From Adineta vaga (Eukaryota; Animalia; Rotifera), in assembly GCA_021613535.1 (NCBI GenBank), contig CP075496.1:14384001-14448000 (forward strand): a stretch of 64,000 nt of DNA, read 5' to 3'. The notes under the pieces were generated by a model. The model was not told where the DNA came from. It made no database searches and saw only the letters and a list, made by a program, of their open reading frames with translations. Both the position numbers and the translations under genes were made by a program. The first letter of the stretch is position 1. Every line of letters begins with the position of its first letter. Below, piece by piece: positions 39,519 through 53,199 of this stretch.

Positions 39519-40373
39519 AAGTCAGCAGTTTTTCTTTCATCATGAACTTATTTATAAGTAGGTTTGTGATGAAATCATGTCTGTCTTTATTCAATATTTT
39601 CGAAAGAAAAATAACGATGACAATAAAAAGAATGAAAATTAAAACAAAAGATCGAAAAAACCAGTTGAAGATTCATCGAAGTCGATAACGAGTATATTGC
39701 ACAACACCGGCAATAATTGCTCCAAGACAAACCAATTTCAGTGACAACGATGCATAATTTCCAAATGAAGAATGACGAATCGGTTTATCATCAAGTGTTC
39801 TAAAATAAAAGCCAAAAAATGAAAAGATTACTTTCGAAATTACAACGTACAATTTCATCAAATGTTGAACATCATTTAATGGTGGTAGATTCCATTGTTT
39901 AACAATTCCTTGTACATGACCAATTCCAACAACACCAACAACTGTTGATGGAACAAAACCACTCTCGTTGGTTTCGATTGGAATTCGTTGTGTACATTTT
40001 CTCAATGAATATGATAAAAATTGATCACGTTCATTGATAAAAACACGTGATAATTCGGGATATTCACCACTCATTTCTAATAATAATTTTTCTAACATAT
40101 CATGTTCCATACATTTCTCAACATCTTCATTTGTTATTTTATCTTTTGATGTTAATAAAGACCAAGCTAAACGAATTCGTTTCCATGTTGATAAAGAATT
40201 AATTGCTCGTTTTAATGTGATACCAACTGGACGATCACCAAGAACAATTTGACAACCAGGAACTTTTTGTGCCTAAAATTATTTTCTATTTATTTAAATC
40301 AAAGAATAAATCTAAACGAACTTCACGAAAAGCTGTTCGAAATTCTCCGCCAGGTGCCATTCCTAATTGTTTT
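39519..40373 (-). pseudogene. TRABD: Near-identical partial (3') duplicate of TRABD, including introns and 3' UTR
   Basis: Direct repeat of 42462-43316 (offset 2943 bp) with only about 3 visible substitutions. It is truncated mid-exon at its 5' end. Confidence 0.9.
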
Positions 40374-40548
40374 ATTCTTCCATGATTAATTTACTTGTGA
40401 TATGAAGAAAACTGCCTGTCAATACCCTTCAACATTCACTAATATGTAAAAATGAATCGAGAAGTCTGTTAAAAATGTTATTTAATATAAATAAAAAATG
40501 CGATGAATGACAATAAGCAAATAAACAAAGAATATGTAACGAGAAGTT

Positions 40549-41445
40549 TTATTTTATATCATCTTTTTTTTTTCTTGTCACAACTCTTTTTAATTTACTT
40601 GGATGTTGATCGAGTGCAAGTATCATGTTCGTAAAATCTTTTACATGATCGGTATATTCATATTGATCAGGAAATTCAAAGTTCTTGCATTTCAGCAGAA
40701 ATACTCTCTGATTTGGAACAGACTTTACGTCATCATGCACTAATGTGTGGCGTGTCTTGCTAATTTTTCTAAGAACACATAGATTGACTTCACGTCCAAG
40801 CATCAACTTTAATTGAACTTCAATAGGACCAAGTATTGTACGAATCAATTGATGATTTTGAATGTACTCATTGTCCAATGGATCATCAATATTTTCATCG
40901 TCCATATTTTCACTTTTTATGATAATTTCTTCTTGATTGGTCCATTGATCTAAATTATCAGAATGAATTTAATATAAGAATTATTTTCAAAAATACAAAC
41001 TTGTTAGATTATTCCAATCCCAAGTAGGATGTAAACAACGAATGGCTGGTTCGACGAAATAAAATAAAAATAATCTGAACATATCATAACTAATACAATT
41101 TGCTTCCTTTAATTTGATTTTATCTTCAAGAGCACAAATTCTAGATTTAAGACATAAATTATCATTCTTTAAAATGTTGATTTCAGCTATAATCTGTTTA
41201 AAAATGTTGTCCAAGCTAATTTTGGAATCATTATCAATACTAAGAATATTCATCAGTTGTAACAATTGTTCATTTAAATTTGAGTTATTTTCTTGTATTT
41301 GTTTGATAAACGGTAAGCAATCTTCATAAGCTTTTTCTTCTTTTTTCTTTTGTTCATCTGTATTCATATCTTCTCGTAGTAAACCATTTTTTCGAAATAC
41401 ATCAAGTATTACTTCAAAAAGTTTTGTATTTGTTATGTCATTCAT
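40549..41445 (-). CDS. Two-exon coiled-coil protein with a C-terminal HEPN-like RHxxxH motif
   Basis: ORFs 40987-41445 and 40549-40905 join through a ~50-bp GT-AG intron (..NNLT/NQWTNQEE..). Heptad region INILKNDNLCLKSRICALEDKIK and motif LRKISKTRHTLVH. Confidence 0.65.
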
Positions 41446-42615
41446 CTAAAATGTTCAATCGGTATATAAAAACGAAATATGTCACTGGCAATTAAAAGTC
41501 GTTTTCAATATCGCAGTACATACTGTAAAAAATTAAGACTTGAAAATATTATAACACAATGCTTCGTTTATTTCGATAAGACATTTGTACCATACTCTTA
41601 TAGATTAATATAAGTGAAATATAGACACTTGCGTGCCAACGAATAACAATTAACATTAACATTGAAGCAATACGCCGACATTACTGTTAATTTGTACATC
41701 CGTATATGTTCTTCTCACGACTACCGGCTTGTTAGAGGGCGCTAGTTACCAACACGTTTCATTCCAAAGTGCTACCAGAATTCATTAGTTGTGAGTATAT
41801 CAAACAGAAGATCCTAATATACGGAATATATTAGTTGAAATGAGTTGTCTTGGGCTCTTGTCATAAATTTCAAATTCAGTTTCAAGAGGCGCATTGTTAC
41901 TCTGTAATTTGTTCATTTTAGAGATACTATTATTGAATCACAATCAACATCAAGAATTTTCACAAGTTCTATTAACTGCTCATGTAAACTTGTTTTATTT
42001 TCTTGTATCTGTTTGATAATTGATAAACAATCCATAGTTATGCCATTAGTTGATGCTTGTTTGTATCAAGTCATGTTCTTCAAATACACGAAATACTACT
42101 TCGAAAATTGTTGTGTTTGTTACATTACTCATCTAAAATGTCTAATTGATGAACAGAAACGGAATATGTCAATTGCTATCAAAAGATGTTTTCATTATCT
42201 AAAATTCCGATTTGGAATGCATACACACATGAAAAAGCAACATATCGACATTAATCTTGATTTGTGCATGTGTCTTCAACAGATTTTCAACTCGTTAGAG
42301 AATGCTAACTACTAACACTTTACATTCCAAATTTCAAAAAAACGTTTTTAGTTGTAAATGTATAAAGTAAAAGGCCAAAATGTATAGAATATATTCGAAA
42401 AGATAAATTACCTTTACACACTATGCAAATTAGTGAATATGTTTAATTTCTATTAAACTTGAAGTCAGCAGTTTTTCTTTCATCATGAACTTATTTATAA
42501 GTAGGTTTGTGATGAAATCATGTCTGTCTTTATTCAATATTTTCGAAAGAAAAATAACGATGACAATAAAAAGAATGAAAATTAAAACAAAAGATCGAAA
42601 AAACCAGTTGAAGAT

Positions 42616-43976
42616 TCATCGAAGTCGATAACGAGTATATTGCACAACACCGGCAATAATTGCTCCAAGACAAACCAATTTCAGTGACAACGATGCATAA
42701 TTTCCAAATGAAGAATGACGAATCGGTTTATCATCAAGTGTTCTAAAATAAAAGCCAAAAAATGAAAAGATTACTTTCGAAATTACAACGTACAATTTCA
42801 TCAAATGTTGAACATCATTTAATGGTGGTAGATTCCATTGTTTAACAATTCCTTGTACATGACCAATTCCAACAACACCAACAACTGTTGATGGAACAAA
42901 ACCACTCTCGTTGGTTTCGATTGGAATTCGTTGTGTACATTTTCTCAATGAATATGATAAAAATTGATCACGTTCATTGATAAAAACACGTGATAATTCG
43001 GGATATTCACCACTCATTTCTAATAATAACTTTTCTAACATATCATGTTCCATACATTTCTCAACATCTTCATTTGTTATTTTATCTTTTGATGTTAATA
43101 AAGACCAAGCTAAACGAATTCGTTTCCATGTTGATAAAGAATTAATTGCTCGTTTTAATGTGATACCAACTGGACGATCACCAAGAACAATTTGACAACC
43201 AGGAACTTTTTGTGCCTAAAATTATTTTCTATTTATTTAAATCAAGGAATAAATCTAAACGAACTTCACGAAAAGCTGTTCGAAATTCTCCGCCAGGTGC
43301 CATTCCTAGTTGTTTTGTTAAATGAGCTGTCATACTTAATAAAAGTACATGAATTATTCCATGAATAACTCCATTCTAAATTTAATTTAAAAAGTAATTT
43401 ATAATTAAAAAATCTTTTCTTTTTACCGCTTTGATAATCGTTCGAAATTTTTGCATATTCATTTCTGATGCTTCTTTCATTAATGTTTGTTCATCTAACG
43501 AAAGAATATTTACCTAAAATTAAAATAATTTTATTTAAAAAACAAGAATCTTTTCTCAATTTAGATCTTACTCGACTTTGACATAATTCAACCATAACAA
43601 GATCTGGTTGAGTCATTTGAATAATCTTTAAAAAAATAATAGAAAACGAAATCAAATTTTGCAAGATCAAAATTCAATTAAATACTTCAGCAACTTCACG
43701 TTGACTTTTTTCACTAAAATGAGCTGTTCCAACAAGATAAATGATTCCTTTAGTTGTTTCATCTTTAAGAATAGTTATTGTTTCAGGTAATTCAGTTTGT
43801 TGAGGATGTTTTCGTTTTGATATTGGTTGAGCTTTAATGAAATGATCATAACTTGTTATTGATGGAATTAATGGATTTACTGGTTCAACTTCTTCCTCTT
43901 CTTCTGGTTTTCTTTCACTTAAATGTTCATTAATTTCTGATTCAATTACATGTTCTTCAGGAACATATGTTTCCAT
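42616..43976 (-). CDS. TRABD: TraB domain-containing protein; multi-exon
   Basis: IYLVGTAHFSEKSQREV, VMVELC, LGMAPGGEFR, VLGDRP, FINERD, VVGVVGIGHVQGI and a C-terminal TM anchor. Confidence 0.92.
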
Positions 43977-45316
43977 TTTAATCCAAATCTACAATAGACA
44001 AATTAAAAAAGACGAAGAAAAATTTGATTCACTGTCCAATTTGGCGACACATAAATGCAATGCACAAAATAATTTCGTCATAAATAAAAATTCAAAATGC
44101 TTAGTCATATCGCACGATTATCTATTCTTTTCTAAACAGTTAATTTAACTAGCACTGTATTACTTAAATGATATCTTCGAAAGTCAATATGTATTTTAAA
44201 ATTATTTTGTATTATTTTTTGAGAAAATCTTTTATTTTTGTTTAATCTCAAAGAAAAAGTCGTCGTTGGTACTTATGCGGACCAATCGATCACAGTCGAC
44301 ATGTGAAGGGACGGATAGATTTAATAACTCCCGTAATAGATGTCAGTATAAAGTGAGAAAAAAGTACGCCCTCATGTTTTAATTCAACAATTCATTAATC
44401 TCTGTATCTATATTGAAATAAATAGATATAACTTATCATCTTTCCTTACTATACTGTTTGATTCAAGATATCAATTGTCAAATGTGAACAAAAGTTGTCA
44501 TGAGCAAAATCATCGACTACTTGTACTCATATATTGTTTCGTATTTATATTATGATGAATACTATACATCCTACCAGCTCGGATCTGAAGCACGAAGATC
44601 TAAGCCAAACAATGTGTTGTTCCAACTACTTTTTGTTTTATATTCCATAAATGCACAATATCGTATAGAACATTATGAATTAGCAATGGATATCAAAGCA
44701 AAATATATTTTCAGTTAAACAGATAAAGATTTTGCTATTCAGACATATCATTGACTATTACACTTTAAAAGGGAATATATCGTTCTTACCTTGTATCTTT
44801 TCTTCTCAATACATAAGGTTTATCTTGGCGACTTCTCATTCTACATGGTATTAATGATGAACATGTATCAAATATACAATTATCTCTTGTCATCAGATGA
44901 AATTCAATAAAATATTTCGAATTTAAACTAAACGAACGTTAAACTAATTGAGAAAATGCTAAATATAGATAAATGTTAGATAATAAACGTTGATAAAAGA
45001 AATATGATCTAATAAATCGTTCATTATAATGGAATATAAGGACTACATCACATCTACTAAATTTAAAGTGAATTAAACAATATAGTTTTCATCGTCATAC
45101 AGACATATAGCAATCACATTGAACTTTTAGTGAATTCATTTGTTTTTCATTTGATCTCCAACGAGAAATGTTCGATAGAAAGAAGAATAACATCGGTCAA
45201 CTCGTTGCAGCCTAACATTATAAAATCAACATTTATGTTTCCTTATTCTGACAAACGGCACTGGAAAATGCATGGATATATATACATACGTAAAAAAAAG
45301 TCTAACCATGTTAGAT

Positions 45317-46461
45317 ATGAATATTTCAAATAGAAATCACTGCAATATGCTGTCATTACTAGATGAGATGTTACTTACTGTTTTTAATAAACTTAATGTG
45401 GTTGACGTTCTTTATTCACTTGTCGATGTTAACGGACGATTTAATCGTTTAGTATTTAATGCATGTGATCTTCATAATCTTAATTTAGTTAACGTGAAAA
45501 CGAAATCATGTTTACCTCGTTTTTCTGCACTGAAAAAACATGTTCTTAATAGAATATGTGATACAATTGTACCTCGAATACATGAACAAGTAAACAAATT
45601 AACTGTTGAGCAAAGTTCTATGAAGAATGTTCTTTAAGCTGCAGAATTTTTGCACCTTCACTCGATATCGCTTATAGATTTTCAAGCAGAAACACTTTTG
45701 AAATATTTAAAAGGTATGAAATTTGTTTATTTTACAGTTAAAAAAGATGATAAAATTATGAAAATATCAATTAAGAATCGTTTCTATTTTTATTCAAGAT
45801 GATTCAATTCTTCCTGAACTTCTTACTTCCCGAGTTTCGAATCTTAGTATCGATTACTGTTTGCAATGTAAATGTTAATATTAGTCTTTCATCGAATGCA
45901 GATATTCAAAATAGTTTTATCGGAAAAATATATGGTCAAGTTGGCTCATATGTTGATACGTTTTCAATGGGACCTGAAGGTAGATCTCATGTGTATTCGC
46001 TTCCATATAAATTCCATTATTTTCTCTATCTCGACAATTCTTTTCAACGTGGCACATTTGATAAAGTCATATATTTGAATATGACAGATATTGATCCCTT
46101 CGAATATGAATTTTTCAAAGTTATTTCTGAAGATTTTCCTTTTCTCAAATATTTATCAATTGAAAACGATGAATCACAAACAACTGAGCAATATTCATCA
46201 ACATTAATTGTATTTCCTCATCTTATTTGTCTGAATCTATTAAAAGCCCACGTGAATTATGCGGAACAATTTCTTTACGATAAAAATACTTCTATGCCTT
46301 GTCTACTGATTCTTGAAATTACATATGAATCACTTATATTGACAACAAATAATTTTAATAATGATAAATCGCGTCTTAATTGCTCTAATTTAAGACAACT
46401 CAAGCTAGATGTATCGTTTGTGCGTCCACAAAATTTTCATCAGTATTTTCCTTTATTATAA
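45317..46461 (+). pseudogene. F-box/LRR-like gene of the expanded bdelloid-type family, disrupted
   Basis: F-box MLSLLDEMLLTVFNKLNVVDVLYSL, an in-frame TAA at 45635-45637 and an apparent internal deletion. The C-terminal HVYSLPY...PFEYEFFKVISEDFPFL segment is typical of the family. Confidence 0.7.
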
Positions 46462-47152
46462 ATAAACTATTTGTTACAAATTTTTTTCGATAAAACAAAG
46501 TTAATTCGTCAAAATAAAATTAACATAATAAGACAGAAAACATTCTTCATTTTGTTATTGTTCTTGTTTTCATTTCTAATTCTATATTTATAGCTTAAAC
46601 AATAACAAAAAACCTTTAATAATTTAATTTTTCATAGTATAAATCCCTTTTCTTATGTTATTGATAATTAGTAAAAATATCAAAATGAGATTGTTTTTGA
46701 GATTCAGAGTTATTTTCAAAATTTATTTAATTATTTAACTTCTTTCAAAAAAATCCACCTTTCGGCATACAACATATCTAACATACATGTTTGAGTTATC
46801 ATCAAACCTTTGAATAGAAAAGAATGAAACGTGAAACATGTAATCGAATCTAACTGATTCAAATCAGCCAGAATAAGATATATACACTTGTATAAATATA
46901 CATGTTTTTAACTTATATTCGAGATAGGATCAAGGGTTTTCTTTAATAAACACAACATTCGATGAATTTTCTTCGACTGATGTCAACAGTTGTTTTCGAA
47001 TTTTCGTCCTTCGACGATATTATATGTTTTTAGCGTTCTCTTTCCTTCTCGTCAGTTGGACATGTTTAAATAAACGAGTTGACTATAGAATTCGTCATTG
47101 TACATCTTCGTATCGGCTCGAATCAATAGTCAAATCAAACAATAGTAAGAAA

Positions 47153-47630
47153 ATGAGTGCAAAAGGCTTCATAGTAAGTTGAGAATTATATTTTATTTCG
47201 ATTAAATTACCGGAATATATGAATTTAGATGTTAGGTGTCGCAAAAGAAGAAATTATGGTGAAAAATGAAGGAGAAAAATTAAAAGAACAATTAGAAAAA
47301 GCTATAGCTACACATAAATCAGAAAACGAAACACAAATCATCACGAAAAAATTAAAACAAAATGAAATAAAAGCAAAAGCATTGCGTTCTATGATGGAAT
47401 CAGTTCTGACGATGTATGATTCTTGGACGGAAGATTCCGAAGAAGTTGCACAAAAACATGGAAACGTTGCTGGAGGTGGTGTACACGATCATTCATATTT
47501 ACAACAAACTGCTAAACATGAAGATTTGGAAGGAGATTGTGACACCGAAAACGTTGATGTATCAGAAGATAGTACATATAAAGATAATAATGTTGGACAT
47601 CGTGGAAAAAACAATGAATTCAATGTTTAA
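47153..47630 (+). CDS. Small two-exon coiled-coil/acidic hydrophilic protein
   Basis: ATG at 47153 (MSAKGFI), a GTAAGT...TTAG intron, then a 133-aa in-frame exon. Confidence 0.6.
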
Positions 47631-47869
47631 TAATTGAAAAACATGAGTAATTCAAACAATTGTTGTTGAAGAACCATTTTCATTTGTTTGATACGTGCTT
47701 TGTGTAATATTTCCATATAACGATCTTTTAAATTTCAATCAGAATTTTAACGAAAAAAATGAATCTTAATTAAAACTGAAATGGGAGGACTAGCGGATTT
47801 AAGAAAACACACATTTTTGTTATTCGTTATATAAAATGTTTTGTTTACAGCCTCTATTAACATGATAAG

Positions 47870-48040
47870 TCGCGATAATTGAGAAGACTAGGAGAACTAG
47901 GAGGACTAGAAGGAGTTATCATATCCAGAACATCAAAGCGATATCACGTATACATGTATGGCTTCTTTTGATTGAAACCTTCAAAGATGCGAACTATCTC
48001 GCAATTTTCTTAGTTCTCCTAGTTCTCCAAGTCCTCTATA
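47870..48040. mobile_element. MITE-like element with inverted arms made of GGAGAACTA subrepeats
   Basis: GACTAGGAGAACTAGGAGGACTAG pairs with TAGTTCTCCTAGTTCTCCAAGTCCTC. Confidence 0.55.
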
Positions 48041-49508
48041 TTGAGGGTGCGTGGAAGGTGTTGAGGGTGTAATGTAATAACTGAACAGTTGAATAAATAG
48101 GTAACTAAATAGTTGAATACTTGAATTCTAGTTTTGAGCACTATACTACGGGTATGGTTTCCACTCTAATATTGATTCCGTACGAAATGTAATATCTCTG
48201 ATGGTAGCCGTTGTGGAACGTGTTGTTCCGTTAGATCTCCAAGTCCCGCGGTATATGTTTAAATGGGGTGCGATATTTTTTTAAATTCAATTTGAAATGT
48301 AAAAGACCATAGACTCGAAAATTCGATCAACCAATTCATCGATTGAATTAAAGACTATAGGATCAGAATTATGTGTTCCAATAACCAAAAGTACTTCTTC
48401 AACTGTCTAAAATTAGAAAAAAAAGAGATCTTTTTTTTATTAAAATACGAATTGATTGTACTTTATTATAGTTGATCATTTTGAGAATTTTTGTAATTGT
48501 ATTCTTCAAAATACCATTATTTATTATGCTATTCGATTTGACAGCGCCGTGTGCTGCAGCTTTTATTGGAGCCTTTACATCGTCGTATTCGTTTGGATCC
48601 TAGAAAAGAAAGAGAAAATTATAATATTATGTTATTTTATGAATTTGAGAAGAAAAAAATACCTCAACTATAGCCATAGGGAAATGAGAAGTACAATAGA
48701 AAATGAAACCAACGAACAGGAAGAGAACATACAATGACCTACCATTATGCTCACTGTTGACCAATGATAGAGAAATGATTCAAGACAATATATCACGAAA
48801 TTCGATCAGATTGAATATTGTACCGCTATTTCAGCTAGAAATGAATAAATAAAATTCTAAATGAAAAAAGAGTGTATTATGCTAATGTTTATCCACTAAC
48901 AAACGACGGATAAATGAAAGAAATGAATAAAACAAAGAATACTTTGGTAATTTATGTAATGGATTCTTTTTATCTATTCTCTACATTTCTTATAAACCAG
49001 ACGAACCAGTCGACGAGGAGTGAATAACTATATTATATATTATATAAGTTTTGGAAAATGCAGTGTAGATAATGTCTTCCATTAAACAAGAGAGAGCTAT
49101 TATACGTAAAACTGAACTACTTCAAAATCCTCCTCGGTATGAGCTATAACTATCATAATCCGACCGACTTTTTTCCTTATAAAAGATATTTCAAAATTGT
49201 GAGTAATAATGAAAAAATATCAAACGAACTCTTTTTTATCATTGATCAGAATACTCGTAAATAATTGATTGTTCAAAATGCATTATTTTAAAATAAAAAA
49301 AGAAATCAACGTCCATTCATTGATGTTTCATTTCATCTAAACATTAGAATAAAAATCAACTTTTGTATGCGTTTTGGTACAGAGGCGTTTTTTTCGTTCG
49401 ATTATCAGAACAGTGTTAATAGATGACGATTAGAAAAGGAAAAACGCCAAAATTTTTAATAATTTCTTTTTTCTGTTTGGAAATGGCCGGAAAAAAACTG
49501 CTTCCAAA

Positions 49509-49760
49509 CCCAGGTCGATCAATCCGATACTCGGATCCGATCGGATCCCATGCCGGATTCTACCGGTTGCGGATCCTATAGGATCCAACACACGATCCTA
49601 TAGTTTCCAAAAACGGATTTCGACGGATCCGATAGGTGGCCATAGGACCGTAATAAAATATAGCTAAAAAGAACGCTCATAAAATATGCAGCTTCCGACG
49701 GAAATTTTACTGACGGAATCCAATACAGATCCGTCACCAGGAATCCATACATGTATGAGT
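49509..49760. mobile_element. Partial MITE (CCCAGGTC-ended family) rich in GGATCC/GATCC palindromes
   Basis: Starts CCCAGGTCGA, like the elements at 50281 and 54457. It forms a GC-rich island, and no right end was seen. Confidence 0.55.
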
Positions 49761-50053
49761 CGAAATGACATTTCAACTATTCAACTTTTAAACTTGAGGT
49801 TGCCTGCCAGTGCGGATGTAGAGGGCAACACGGAAGTGTGGGTGTGGGTGTGTAGGGGGTAACACGGACGTGTAGGTGTAGAGGGTGACGAAACAAACGA
49901 ATAGTTTTTGCGCGATCTCCGCTACTTAACTTTTCACAAATTTATAAGATTAGAAGTTGAATAGTTTAAAACTCGAAGCTTCGACTTCTAAATATTTGAT
50001 TTTAATAGTCGAAGAAGAAGTTTAATACTCGAACCGAGTTAACGATTTCTACA

Positions 50054-50661
50054 CTACTCGAACTGTAGCTTGAGGAGATGCATGATCATTTTAAGAGATG
50101 TATAATCATTTTTAAGAGATACATTATCGTTTTTTAAAGCATTGATTTGAGCTATGATTTGTTTAAAAAGATCTTCTAAGTTGATTTTGCAGTTGTTATC
50201 AATCTGAAGAATTTTCATTAATTCTAACAATTTTTGATTCAAATCATCAGCATTATTTTCTTGAATTTTTTTAATAACTACCCAGGTCAAACAATACGGG
50301 CCGGTTCCGGCAGGAAAGCACCAGAAATCGCTGGAACATTGAAGCAGTATTCCGACCGAAAATTTTCGGATTTTTCCGGTAAGTTCCGGTCAGTTCCCGC
50401 TGGAAAGCACAGGAAATTCATTGGAATTCACCGGAAAAATCCGAAAATTTCCGGTCGGAATACTGCTTCAATGTTCCAACGATTTCCGATGTTTTCCTGC
50501 AGGTTCCCGCGGGATCCGGACACCGGAACGTTCGACATGGGTATAATACATTCTTCATATGCTTTTCGTTTTTTCGTTTTCATTAAGATTTTCTTGAAGT
50601 AAGCCATTGCTTTTGAATATATCAAAAATTGCTTCGAAAAGTTTGCTATTTATGTCATTCA
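50054..50661 (-). pseudogene. Decayed paralogue of the 40549-41445 gene, frameshifted, MITE-interrupted and 3'-truncated
   Basis: KAYEEC..IKKIQENNADDLNQKLLELMKILQIDNNCKINLEDLFKQIIAQINALKNDN aligns with the intact copy. Upstream DNA is also homologous. Confidence 0.8.
50281..50541. mobile_element. Foldback MITE with TA target duplication
   Basis: TIRs CCCAGGTCAAAC / GTTCGACATGGG, long internal inverted arms and TA on both flanks. Removing the element plus one TA restores colinearity with the paralogue. Confidence 0.85.
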
Positions 50662-53199
50662 TCTAAAACATTCAAATAATATCTGAAAAAAAACTCTGTT
50701 ACTGGCGATCAAAAGATGTTTCCATTATTAGAAGATAAGCTATAACAGTTAAGGCACATAAGTAAAATAACTATGTTTCGTCTATTGCGATAATTGAAAT
50801 ATAGATACTTGAAACATTGAAGCAACATATCGACATGATTCTCCATTTGTATATCGATCCTTTCGCAATGATTTCCTAGTCGTCAGAGGGCGCTAGTTAT
50901 TAATACATTTCATTCCAACATTAAGGGAATTTAACAGTTGTCGATATATGAGAAAAAAACAAAAAGCAAATGAAATTATTATTTAAAAAAAAGAAACAAA
51001 ATCTTTACTTGAAAAAGAGAAACAGAAAGATTAAAGATAAGTTTAGCTGATCGATGAACATGATGATGACGTGGATTATATTTGATTGCACTGTATAACA
51101 TTAAATAAACATCTCGTTTAAAATATTCTCTATTTTAATATTCATTTGACCAAGATTTTTATGAATTGTATCAATAGCTAGTGGATGTCGAATAAATTCA
51201 TGATATTTTGGTGCAATTCAATCGGTTATTTCATGTTCAAATAAATAGCCTTGTCTAAAGTGCAAGTAACGCTCATCCTTTGGATGGGTACGCTGACCCT
51301 TTTCTGAAAGAATTATAAAGATGATCAAGACATTCATATTCTCTTAGTAACCAAGATTCAGTAGAAAGCTATTCTTAGCATCTACTGTCATTTCGTCTCA
51401 TGATGTCATGTGAATGTTCGTTGATGATAGTATGACACTTAGAAACGTCAACTTAGTGGGTGATAGAATATTTATACTATACAAAGAAAAAACGATTATG
51501 TTAATACAACAGTAGTTAAGATGAAGATAGAGACAGAATAATCAGTAGCAGTCAGTACCACTTATTGATGAAATATTGTAATTGAGTTTAATGCGGTGCC
51601 AGGATAGATTCAAATAAAACCAGTAATTTTAGTTGAAGCAAAAACTATACTTAGAAGAACATACTATTTAAATCACATAGATATCAACGTTAGCGTATAA
51701 ATCGAACAGTATCTCATAGTAACTCAAAATATACTCGATCCGGACTGTTTATTAGAATGACTAGTTGTTCGTCGGCGTCTTTCTGAGAGCGCCACTCACG
51801 ACTAGCCGCTCCAACCGCAATGCTTATTTCTAATCTGTTTCATTAATGTACCACAGTCAAACACCGCTGTCCTAGCTCGAATATATTGTGCCGTTGCAGT
51901 TTTTAAAATCGACTGATTTACTGTATTACTTGGATGAGGATGTTACGTGTAGAGATACGTTTGTGCACCATTCGTTGTTTGAATGTTTACAAATGGTTTA
52001 AAATACACTATTTCTTGTTCTTGTGTTGTTTCACTGTCAAAATTAAGTAGTACGTTGGTTAATACCACATATGCTGGAGCAGTTTCTTGAGTTATACAAC
52101 TGTTTTGTTGGTGATCCATACTATTATGGACCAACCGATTAGAATGAGACATTTTCACTGTTTCACCAATACAAAACTTGTATTAATATGAGACAAGTCA
52201 ACAAAATGGTAAAGGATGATGAATAGAAAGAAAAGAGTAAATATGTTTTATCACTAGAGTGTGTTGACGAGGAATAAAATAAGAGTATTTATTGAACAGT
52301 TATTTGCGTTTGAGTCATTTATATTATTTTGATCATCAGTGCACGTTATTATGATAAAAAAAGAGATTAAAAAGTTGGATGTTACAGTATTATCTGATAA
52401 TCATCGTGAAGGTCAATAGTTTTACCAAATTATTGTCTTTACTAGTCAACGAAAAGATGCTGGAACGAATTGAGATGTGAGATGATTAGAGAGAGAGAGA
52501 GACAGATGATCTTCAACATTTTTCTTCTGTATATATAGATCGATTTTGTCATTCATGGTGCTGATGATAAAACATCGATTCGAATATTTATTTATCTTCA
52601 CCGTTGAATTCTTAAACGTGGTGGTATTGATGCTTTTCTGATGAGTGTTTCAAAGTCGTTAGGATTATTAAATTGTATTCATGTTTAGCATGGTAATAGT
52701 GGAAAAGATTCATGATCATTATGGTTTTTGAAATATTTGATTATTTGTGATTTACAAACGATGGAAAAGTTTCATTTTATTTGTCAACGATGGTTTACTT
52801 TTGAAAAAGATGATGGAAAAAATTGAACGTATTTTACAGGAGTGCGAAACGAGGAAATATTTCACTGCTTCGACTCACTTCGCTTCGGTTTTTAAAGGTA
52901 TAGGGTGTCCAGTCAGTCACTAGAGTTGGACAAGACATTTGAATATTTTCATGACTTTTCAACCAAATGAGTTGAACTTTTTTTTCGAAAGGTAGAGGAT
53001 AGGTAGCAGTTTTTATTCATGGTGGAATAGGTCATTTATGAGGATGAACTCTGCACATTTTTCTTCGATATTTAATAATCTATGCACAAACATTTGTTGT
53101 TCATAGCTATAATGCAATACTGTACGATAAGCTTTTCTTTATTAATCAAGAAACATAGTTGACATGTAATGCGATATTATTAGTATGAAAGAAATTGTC

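Noticed and set aside
41900-42315. ORF 42013-42315 and a nearby coding-like fragment
   Set aside because: No recognisable domain. It is probably a decayed gene fragment, and no product can be supported.
49835-49890. TGTGGG-like repeats resembling bdelloid telomeric repeats
   Set aside because: Only 2-3 units embedded in a degenerate ~30-bp tandem repeat, which is too little to call an interstitial telomere or Athena element.
50234-50625. ORFs 50234-50602 (+) and 50428-50625 (-)
   Set aside because: These are artefacts of the GC-rich palindromic MITE.
48456-52200. Several minus-strand exon-like fragments (about 48500-48850, 51050-51390, 51943-52158)
   Set aside because: They are short or interrupted by stops, with no identifiable family. 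They are probable pseudogene debris.
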